Assembly (NCBI GenBank): GCA_023213395.1
Contig: CM041465.1
Coordinates: forward strand, 232,941,741 to 233,005,740
Source of the DNA: Cycas panzhihuaensis
Lineage: Eukaryota; Plantae; Cycadophyta
Direction: 5' to 3'
Length of the DNA: 64,000 nucleotides
The notes under the pieces were generated by a model. That model made no database searches. It saw only the letters and a program-made list of their open reading frames with translations, and was not told the DNA's origin. The stretch's first letter is position 1, and each line of letters starts with the position of its first letter. This document shows, one piece after another, positions 54,434-64,000 of this stretch. A program made the position numbers and the translations under genes.

Positions 54434-55325
54434 ATGGTTATTTTTGAACTTTTACAAAAGTTGGAAAGGAGGTGTTGCCTCATTACACATGCCCCCCTTG
54501 CCCCCCACACCTCCCCCCTCCCTAGAAAAAAAAAATTATGATGTTGTTTGCGACTAATAGGTTATACGAGATACCATGATGCCATTACCTATAATTGTTG
54601 TTGGAGATTGATATATCATGTTGGTTGATTTATGGTTGTCTTCGTTGCTTTGACCTCTCCAAACAATAATCAATCTATGCATGCTTTGTGGATTTGTTGT
54701 GGGTCGTGTATCGTGACATGAGATTGGTTGTGGTATTTACATGCTATTGAAGGTCTATTTGTTAAACCTTTATGTTTACATATTAAGGAATGTACTTTAT
54801 ATTATTTCATTATTGTATTTTATGTACTTTATGTTAGTGTGACTTATCAAGTAAGTGATAAAGTGCACACCCACATTCTTTCAAGTGACATAACATTGTA
54901 ACTTGAGGTCAATGTACCCTTCATGTATTGTTGTTCACATAAAAGCTTATGCAAAAGTGTATAATCAAGCAAGAGAAAATATAATATCACACGATCATTT
55001 AAGCACATAATGAACACAATAAATGAATAAGGATAAGGGAACAAGAGTCAGATATAGAAACATCATATGTAACACCATGTTGAACGTGGAAAACTAATGA
55101 ATGGGAAAAACTACCTCTAAATGTATATGGGATCTCATATTAAAGAATAAATAATCAACAATCCTTGTGGTGAGTCATCTTAGCTTCACAATGAGGACTA
55201 GGTGATCTAATTTTTTTTCAATATATGTTGCCCTTATTTAAATGTGTCATTATATCAACATTTAATCACATTTCACCATTACGTCAACCAATCTGATCAT
55301 GTGTGTGGAAACCTTTCATATCGAC

Positions 55326-55496
55326 AATGAAAGAAATTGAAAATTTTGATAAATTAAACATTAAGGGGAGTGTTGGAATATGAATTTTATAGTTATCACT
55401 AGGCCACTAATTAAACATTACATCAATAACTATAAAATTCATATTCCAACACTCCCTTTAATGTTTAATTTATCAAAATTTTTAATTTTTTTCATT
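55326..55496. repeat. Inverted repeat, ~71-bp arms with a 29-nt loop
   Basis: 55326-55396 is the near-perfect reverse complement of 55426-55496. Confidence 0.9.
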
Positions 55497-58128
55497 TTCA
55501 TCTTTGTGTTGGATCAATTGCTTATCTATGTTCTCATATTACCTATAAGCATCAACACTTATAAAATCTATCTTTACCATGCTTGTCTCTTACAAGCAAT
55601 TCACATCTCATATTATAGAAATATATGACATTACTATTTGTAAGCCAACAATCAAAACACACTTAACAATTTCATAACTTCTACTTGTAAGCTGCAAAAC
55701 ACACTCAACAACTCATCTTCAACTTTTTCGACAATATCAAATTCACTAATGTTCATATAAAACAACAACCATTTATCGAAGTGCATGGATAATCAACCGT
55801 TGTAATCACTAGTTATATATGAAGTATTTCTTATACATGGTTCATCAACTTCATAAAACAAACACAACATACTAAGGTTAGTCAAATATGTTGTAACAAG
55901 AGTAACTTGTGAATCTTTTCTTACCTATTGCCTACGAGATATGGGACAATTCATCCCTCCACAACTTTCTTTGACAACTAATCAGACAATCATTCACTTT
56001 CTCAAACCAACTCACGCTAAAAATAGGGTGTATCCTCTAGCCTATCAAGTTAATTGCAACAAGTTATCATGTGTAATGTGTTTCTATCTGTTGTCATACG
56101 TGGTTATTAAATTTTCGAATTGAAAAACACATATTAGTCAGATTCCTCAACAATTGATTTTGGTTTTATGGATAACCTGCAATTGTTATTGCCAATTTTT
56201 TAAACAAACTTATGAGACTTCTCGTTGTCTCATATCAAGTGGGTAAACTCTCATATTTAACTAACAACTCAAACTTCCAACCAACAACAACACACAACCT
56301 TCTTGCAATCATCAGATGGTGTAACTATCATTTGTCCTTCATTCATCACTTAATTCAAACATTCCAACCAACAAGTGATGTGTGCCTTTCATGCAACCAA
56401 ATTATGTATCAAGTTAGGTGATTATTCATCAACTGTGTGTCATTCATTGAACCATTTGTTTAAACACTGAAGTGATTTTCTTTTTTGTGTCAAATTCATT
56501 TGATTAATGTTAGCCATTACACTACATCAAATGTATTAGATGCTTTGGGGGGATCAATATCATTATGTCCAGCATGTATTAATATCATGCATCGTCAAAG
56601 ATTGTCATATGTGCTTCACTTTGAAATTTTGAGCCATAAATGTATGCAAATGAGCCTTAAATGTCCATTTTTGTCAATTTTGAACCAAACATGTGTCAAA
56701 ACTTATCATCAAATATCTATTTGCATCAACATGTATTTAGGAGTCTTTTAAATAATGAAAGAAAAACCAAACTATGTTTAATCTTCTAAAAAAAACCCAC
56801 TTTTTATAATGTCAAAAACTACTTGTTTAACTTTATTGATTAAAAATTTTGTGATCCAATGTCCAAACTATGGCTTATCACCATTTAGTTTGTTCGGTTG
56901 AGTCTTCTTTCCAACAGTGCACTCAAATCAAACCTTGTATGAAGAAGTTATGCTCAAATTAGTGTCATGTTATAAAATGCATTTAAAATAATGGTACTTG
57001 TTGAAATGATGATAACTTTTTGTTCTAACATCCAATTAATTTGAAACCACTTCCAGTAGAATGTAGACTTCAAGACACATAGATCCAAAAGAAATTGAGG
57101 TTAATCTAATACTCATAGCAAAAGTTATGGTCTCGTGAAGTTGCAGTAATAGATTTTTTGCACTATAGATGATGATAAGCAGCAAGTCAAAATTGAAACT
57201 CTTATAACTTTCGTAGTTTTTTTCCTAAAACTTATAGTATAATCATTTATAGCTTATGGCTTGTGTCTGTTTATCTCAATTTTATGGTTATTTTTACAAA
57301 TTTGGCCATTTGCACCTCCAAAATTGCAAATCTTTGATTAAACCCTCGTCTTCATACTTGCTCAAGCTTTTTCAAACTTTGTGTGCCTCAAAATATTTCA
57401 CCAACAATCATTTCTCTTTGCACTATATCAATTTTATAACAAAGAGAACGTGTAAACCTTCACCATACTTTTTTGCCTAACTGTGATAATCATGCTAAAT
57501 AACTTTCTTCAATGCCTTCATGTTTGAAACCCTAACTTCAATCACTGCAAAATTCTTCACAAACATACCTTATATCTTAGTGCCAAATACCTAATTCATT
57601 ATGCTGCCAACGTTATGTTTGCCTTCAAATTGTCGCGTGTCAAAATTTGTACAAACCTGTTGTCTGTTTTATTAGATTTTAACATGGAAGACGTTCATCA
57701 TCAACAATAACAATATCAATGAGCAAAGATTAACTCAACGTAATCATAATACGTTAACATACCAAAGCACCATAGACTCAACATGAGCCTTGATGATTAC
57801 ATAATCACATATACTACCTCAACCACCTTTATATACAAAATAGGTGGGAGGACCTACAAGACAAGCAATGCATGTGGGACAATTACCTCTATCCTGACCA
57901 ATGACATTACACCAACTAACTTAACCAATAAGCTTCTATCTTTTCACACAATATGATAAATGACTCTTGGACTCTAAGACTTAGGACTATGACTATTAAT
58001 CGTAAGACACACTTTACTTAACCATACACAACATTAAACATTATACTCTCACCTCCCTATAATGTTTAATGTCAAGACTGTAAAAAGTAGCTAAATACTA
58101 AAGATTAACATGACACTTGATAATGGAC

Positions 58129-59379
58129 TTAGGACATTAAATATGACCTCTTATGGACTTTAATTTGATCAACATGTATTTTGCGTTCTTTGAATTTACG
58201 TCGTCTTGATCTTGGAAAGGTCTTGAACACAATGTTTTTGCCTTGATCTTTGTCTTCATCCTTGCAGTGTTGTCCTTGGAGTATTTCTTTAGAGTGATGG
58301 TCATTGAACTTTATCTTTTTCATCTTCATATGTAATGGGGAATTCTTTGTCGTGCAAAACGTGTAGTGGATCATGGCCAAATCAACTTGAGCCTGATATA
58401 GACCTGTCAAGTGATCTTGTATGTATTCATCAAAAGCATCTTTAAGGTGTACATCGAGTATGTCTTCAATCAATGTTTTGGTCAACACCAGTTTGGCTCC
58501 ATTTTCTTTAACATATGAGTGATTAACAACTATTGAACCAATGTCACCATTTGAAGATAAGTCAACAAGAGAAGAATTAACAATATCCAAATATGAAGGC
58601 AAGTCATGAACATTAGCGTCTTGTAAGTCATCATCATATTGAATGGGTTCCTTCTCAAGTGGAAAGCCTTCATTGTCTTGAGAGCAATTAGGATTAAAAT
58701 CAGTGGTTGAATCAGGAATAGAAACAGATTTCATTTCACCAATTTCAGAAATAGATTTCACTTCACCAATTTCATTCTTTCCTGAAGCAATGAATTCATG
58801 TAGAGGAATTTCAATTGCTTCATCACGATTACTTGAAGTAGGTTCAACATGTTTTTCAAGTCCAAGAATGCATTCAATAGTAGTTTCATCATTAATCTCA
58901 TTAGTTCCTTCACATACCTTTTCATTAACATCGTTGTTACAATCTTCATCATCTTCCTTACTTGTATTGCAATCATCAACAACAGTGGTTTCTTTTTCAA
59001 GAACCTCTTGCACCTCTTGAGGGCTTTTTTCATACACATCATTTAGAAGGTTCCACGCCTCGTTGGAAATGTTAGCATTATGAATTGCACGAACAAGAAA
59101 TTGATATGAAGAGGGAAGGTTTTCTTTATCAAGTGCTGCAAGAATCACATCAATGGCTACCCGATTCTTTTTCTTAAGACTTTCCTCCCCTTCTTCATTA
59201 ATCTCTGAAGTGCCATTTCGAACAATTTCCCATAACCTTTTTACCATGAATATACACTCCATTTTAATTTTCCAAACACGGAAATTGATTCCAATATACT
59301 TGGGTAAGGCCTGGGGAATATTTGTTAACCAAAACTCATTCTTTTCTGGCACCAAAATAATGACGTCCTCTAGCTTCAT
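58129..59379 (-). CDS. Copia-type gag-like protein (416 aa) with long acidic, unknown C-terminus
   Basis: Uninterrupted ORF. PKYIGINFRVWKIKMECIFMVKRLWEIV...AWNLLNDVYE fits the Copia gag N-terminus; no zinc knuckle or protease follows. Confidence 0.8.
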   Translation of the reverse strand: MKLEDVIILVPEKNEFWLTNIPQALPKYIGINFRVWKIKMECIFMVKRLWEIVRNGTSEINEEGEESLKKKNRVAIDVILAALDKENLPSSYQFLVRAIHNANISNEAWNLLNDVYEKSPQEVQEVLEKETTVVDDCNTSKEDDEDCNNDVNEKVCEGTNEINDETTIECILGLEKHVEPTSSNRDEAIEIPLHEFIASGKNEIGEVKSISEIGEMKSVSIPDSTTDFNPNCSQDNEGFPLEKEPIQYDDDLQDANVHDLPSYLDIVNSSLVDLSSNGDIGSIVVNHSYVKENGAKLVLTKTLIEDILDVHLKDAFDEYIQDHLTGLYQAQVDLAMIHYTFCTTKNSPLHMKMKKIKFNDHHSKEILQGQHCKDEDKDQGKNIVFKTFPRSRRRKFKERKIHVDQIKVHKRSYLMS

Positions 59380-59940
59380 GATGTATAAGTGAGATGATCA
59401 ATAATATCCACTTCATCCTTAAAAAGGGGGTGAAAATAAACCAATCTAGGTGTTTTATGTGTCAATCAAATTCATACATCCATCATTACAAAAAACCCCT
59501 TTTAACGATACACAAGAACAACTTTCCCGAAAAAACACACTTATCGAACAACTGAAAAACCAACATATGCACCAAAAGAAAAGATAATAAGTTATAGAAT
59601 TACCTGCTTGTGCATTGCCATCACATGAATACCATAGACTGTGAACTTGACATGTTATTGCAGCCAATACCCTTACAAAAATGATGTTTTCAGTTGACAG
59701 ATTCCTGCTTTATACTATGTGTCATGAACAGATTCAGAAAAAGAGCTTAAGGATTCGATGACAACCTCATAGACTTCAATGTCCTTCAAGTACTCCGCTA
59801 CATTCAAGAAGTCATTATACTCATGAAGTAATACTAGAGTGTTTGTCAAAGATGAGAGTTAAAAAACAGGAATTCCTCGTGCTCAGGTTTTTCAAATTTG
59901 CTTCCAAGCTTAATCCTCACTTGAAACACAATCAAAGAAC

Positions 59941-60036
59941 TGCAGGATAGGACCTCCGATGATAGTCCCACTGTTCACGGGCTTCACTAAACGCAGATGC
60001 TGACACACCAATTCCAATGTAATGACCAATCTGAGA
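59941..60036 (-). pseudogene. Captured fragment resembling plant mRNA cap guanine-N7 methyltransferase 2
   Basis: Translates SQIGHYIGIGVSASAFSEAREQWDYHRRSYPA, similar to the recalled IGHYIGID...REAWE...Y segment of that family. Confidence 0.55.
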
Positions 60037-60159
60037 CTGATAATGAAGAGATGGTTTTAGAAAGCATCCATTGAAAGTGGCCCTACAACAAGCTCCTATT
60101 CAAAGCCAACTTATCAAGTGATTCAGAGTTTCAATCAAACGAAGGAAGCTTTTGAACAT

Positions 60160-60460
60160 CAAGTTGATTCTAGAGGCTAGTTGGATCTAGATGACAATAA
60201 TCAGTCGTTCAACTTATTTGCTGCACCGACTACAAAATGCATGGAAGGTAGCTTTTGATGAGACTGATGATGATGGTGAGGAAGAGCAAAATCATGAAGT
60301 TGAAACTACAATCCCCATAGAGACAGTGCTAAAGAAGCCTAATGTTGCTCTGATCGCAGTGCCAAGAGAGCCAGAGAGGCAGCTTTCAAAGAAAGAGATA
60401 AAGAAGAAGGAATTGGCAAAGCTTGATGCAGTTCTAGTAGAGCTTGGGCTAGCTCCAAAG
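60160..60460 (+). pseudogene. Captured fragment of a conserved uncharacterised plant protein (RQLSKKELKKKELAEL family, At4g32610-like)
   Basis: An acidic stretch followed by PREPERQLSKKEIKKKELAKLDAVLVELGL. Confidence 0.6.
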
Positions 60461-60734
60461 GAGTTCCAATCTTCAGGCAGATGCAACAGTTCCTGATGTT
60501 TGAACGAATGTGGGGCAGTGACGCACTACTTACAGGGTAGGCACAGACAGGCTGTGTTGGCCATCTGACAAAAGTGAGCCATAATGCAGTTGTCGTGACT
60601 CTCCAACCACGCCTCCATCTTTTTCTCCATTTTTTTTATCTCTACATCCTTCTTCCCTTACTATCAATCAAAGTTTTGCACAGTAAAATCTCAAGCTTCT
60701 CTGCATGTAGGTGTGGCGATGATCTGAGGCAACT

Positions 60735-61212
60735 CCTCGTGGGGATGCATTCTATCCTCGTCCAAGGGCACACAAAACCAGGCTGATTTCCTTAAGGTAT
60801 AGGGAATAAAGGCCTTGCAAACCATGACGCTTGCTGGGAGCGGTGCACATAGAATGTGTCTTATCTTGTTTACAGAATGGCAGTAGTTGAATCTCGATTA
60901 TGATGATGGAATGACGCAGGGGATGATTTCTGGTTACAAGGCATTCACTTGATTCATTGCGGATACAACGGCCTGTGGATGGGAAACTTCAAATGCCTAG
61001 ACTGGGACATGTTCCAGTTAGACCACATTTGTGCCAAATTCCATGCAGCATCCTGAGTTATCTACGGAGGCCCCATATACATCAGTGATTCCGCAGGCGG
61101 ACACGACTTCAATCTCCTCAAGAAACTCGTTCTGCCTGACGAGATGATTCTCAGATCCTGGCATTATGCCCTTCCTACCCAGGACTGCATCTTCAGAAAC
61201 CCACTGAATGAC
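60735..61212 (+). pseudogene. Captured raffinose/stachyose synthase (GH36) fragments
   Basis: 60928-61212 reads FWLQGIHLIHCGYNGLWMGNFKCLDWDMFQLDHICAKFHAAS*VIYGGPIYISDSAGGHDFNLLKKLVLPDEMILRSWHYALPTQDCIFRNPLND. Upstream are WDAFY-like and DDGWQ-like remnants. Confidence 0.88.
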
Positions 61213-64000
61213 ACACAAATCACAAGCACTCAACTGCTTCTATTATTTCTGTCATCCGTTGGCCTCCACACAAACGTCCATGCAAGGGTTTTTCTCTACA
61301 ACATGGCTTTATACCTAAGCAAGTTTACACGTCTTTTCTGGGCAGCTAGGATTTCAGCCTACAATCATCTCCCTCAACGACTGTCACTTTTTTATGCATG
61401 TAGCAAGGTCTCTTCTTAGTTGTAGCCAGGATTTTACCATGAACTTCCTATGTTGGCAAGGTTTTCCAAGGCATAATTTCTCTAAGGGAATAATTTACAT
61501 AGACTGGTAATTTACTCCAAGTTCACCAATTTTAGACTTCATAGTTTTATATCAACTAAATTCATTATAGGATAGCCCTTGCAACATAACTTCTTTCACA
61601 TAAGAAGATAAGGAAGCAATGTTACCCAGTACTATGTGTAACTTGTATTCATTGCATTCACGACTGGACTAGAATTCACCCTCTGTAAATAGATCCACAA
61701 CTTGCACTTGGCTTTTCGGAGTCGCCTCCACACATATCAAGAATGATGAACTTGCACAAGAATGAACTTGACAAGCAACCCGCTCTCAAATAGGTAGGAG
61801 AACCCGCTTTGATACCATGTTAGATTTTAGCATGGAAGACATTCATCATCAACAATAACAATATCAATGAGCAAAGATTAACTCAACATAATCAGAATAC
61901 ATCAACATACCAAAGCACCATAGACTCAACATGAGCCTTGATGATTACATAATCACATATACTACCTCAACCACCTCTATATACAAAATAGGTGGGAGGA
62001 CCTACAAGACAAGCAATGCATGTGGGACAATTACCTCTATCCTGACCAATGACATTGCACGAACTAACTTAACCAATAAGCTTCTATCTTTTCACACAAT
62101 ATGATAAATGACTCTTGGACTCTAAGACTTAGGACTATGACTATTTATCCTAAGACACACTTTACTTAACCATACACAACATTAAACATTCTACTCTTAA
62201 CATGTTTTTCAATTGTATTAATAGGGTACTAGCTTACAATTTGCTCTTACAAGGTGATTAGCCTGGTTGGGCGATCATCTTCTGGACATATTTCATAAAC
62301 TTACGTGGCTCGATTATGGTGCTACATGCCTAATAAATATCCACAATAAACAAATAACTAAATAATATTACCTGCCTATCTTGCAACTCTCTTCATGAAC
62401 TTCATCATCGATTTGATCACACCCCTGTATTGTGGTCATATGTCATTGCTATATTGAATTTTTGGCTCCCTAAATTCAACTCCATTTTGGCTTTTGATAC
62501 TAGTTCAATACATGCTCATACAATGCATGCATGGATCGTCCTTAGATGGTGAATATCATCACCGTGTGTGTATGGTCTTTAACCTATTGTCAACTTGCAT
62601 CCTGCTTTTCTTGTGCAACTCTGCTATGTCGTCTCATTAGGATTTCACTTGTATTTTAGGAACTCTTCCAACCAAGCTATGATACTGTGTTAAATTTTTT
62701 GAAACAAATTATGAAAAGGTGTGTAATCGACCATGAGGAAATATAATATCACATGATCAATTAAGCATATAGTAAACATAATAAATGAATAAGGATAAGG
62801 GCATAAGAATCAGTTATGCAAACATCATATGTGCCACCATGATTAACGTGGAAAATCCATGAATAGGAAAAGCTGCCTTCAAATGTATATGGGATTTCAT
62901 ATTAAAGAAAAAATAATCAATAATCCTCATGGTGAGTCACCCTAGCCTCACAATGAGGACTAGGTGATCTAATTTTCCTTTCAATATACATTGCCATTAT
63001 ATAAATGTGTTACTGTATCAATATCTATCACATTCACCTTTACATCAACCAATCTGATCATGTGTGTGCGAGCCTTTCACATCGACCAATTATCACTAGA
63101 CCACTAATTAAATATTATATCAATTACTGTGAAATTCATATTCCAACACTATTGATATTTATGTAATAACATTATAATAAATTATATATTATAAACACAC
63201 GAATATAATATTACTAAACGTAGACCCACATCACCAAAAAAACAAAAACACAAAGAAGTACAAGTCAACTTGCTTGCAAGAATATTGAGAAATATCATTT
63301 GTTAGCATTTTTGTGTATGCACTCATAAGTGACACACATACACACACACACACATCTTTTGAATGGCCAACAACTTAAATTATGCTTAAGGGAGCACAAT
63401 GACATGAAACATCACCCAGTTCGATATGTTAATAAATATGAGGAAGCATATGTATTTGAATGTGGTAACCCAAATACCACTGTGTTATCACTGGAGCACT
63501 ACTCTTTGGGGCTTTTTACCAAGTCATGTGTCCACGAAACAATGATATTAGACCAAGCAAGCAGCTAAACACCTAGCAAAATAGATGACGGATTTGATGA
63601 TATGCAATCTTGTTGCAATGATCGTTCCATTGAAATGTAAAGATTATTAAATATTAAAGACCTTCAAGAAAGATTAAGAGCCTTAAGATTGTCATGAATC
63701 ATCGATATCAAGCGTTTTAAAGTTAACCCAAATTTTAGTGCACCATTCGATTGTTAAGATTATAAAAAATAGTACAATGAATTACAAGAGTAATACATCT
63801 AAGGGCTTGAATGAAATAAGGCTCAAAATGATTTTTATGACTATGTACGGTATGAATGTAGATCACTAGTTTATATTTTTGTTGACAAGGAATTATGTAA
63901 GGCAAGGCACTCGCAAGAGTACCTGTCCAATATGAGACAAACCTAGGAATCATACTTGTACTACCTAGATGTAATCATATCCACATAGGAGATATGTTTG

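Larger units (their letters stand above)
57670..62202 (-). mobile_element. Young gag-only Copia-type LTR element carrying captured host gene fragments
   Basis: LTRs 57670-~58051 and 61818-62202 differ by roughly 14 mismatches by eye; perfect TSD TGTTT; Met PBS complement GCTTTGATACCA at 61806-61817; PPT complement CCTCCCT; no pol. Confidence 0.92.
54929..63148 (-). mobile_element. Old non-autonomous LTR element, host of the 57670-62202 insertion
   Basis: Direct repeats ~54929-55451 and 62688-63148; PPT complement CTCCCTTTA after 55451; degenerate PBS complement GCTATGATACTG at ~62676-62687; only faint gag-like traces inside. Confidence 0.72.

Noticed and set aside
60928-61419. Functional raffinose synthase gene
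   Set aside because: Partial, with an in-frame stop and an internal deletion, and it lies between LTRs; treated as captured cargo.
13721-63953. Numerous 60-110 aa ORFs in the ORF track
   Set aside because: They are antisense or off-frame to TE genes, or lie in LTRs or AT-rich DNA, and have no recognisable motifs.

Overview
This is eukaryotic, AT-rich, plant-like genomic DNA dominated by nested and mostly decayed LTR retrotransposons. The pattern suggests a large-genome land plant, possibly a gymnosperm, but the taxon cannot be fixed from the sequence alone. From left to right: (1) A Copia element (to 13692) is split in its integrase by a 9.1 kb non-chromovirus Gypsy (1995-11117). This Gypsy carries a ~50-copy 19-bp palindromic-core tandem array and an extra 3' ORF. 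(2) Degraded Gypsy and Copia remnants occupy 13.7-21 kb. (3) A multi-layer nest spans 21558-38483: gag-only element A contains a related gag-only element B, and A's 3' LTR is split by an internally deleted chromovirus that is itself split by a full-length Copia. (4) A TE-poor island holds one clean 336-bp host exon (41212-41547) resembling plant senataxin/SEN1-like helicases, which implies very long flanking introns. (5) Chromovirus and LTR remnants follow, then a Copia split by a CRM-like Gypsy (46230-51844) and an L1 LINE fragment. (6) An old non-autonomous LTR element (~54929-63148) has a hairpin-forming inverted duplication in one LTR. Nested in it is a young gag-only LTR element (57670-62202) with an intact 416-aa ORF and captured pieces of at least three unrelated host genes. 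The most notable items are this 'Pack'-like gag-only LTR element and the Gypsy array plus extra-ORF module. Protein identities come from recalled motifs, not database searches, and coordinates were read by eye.
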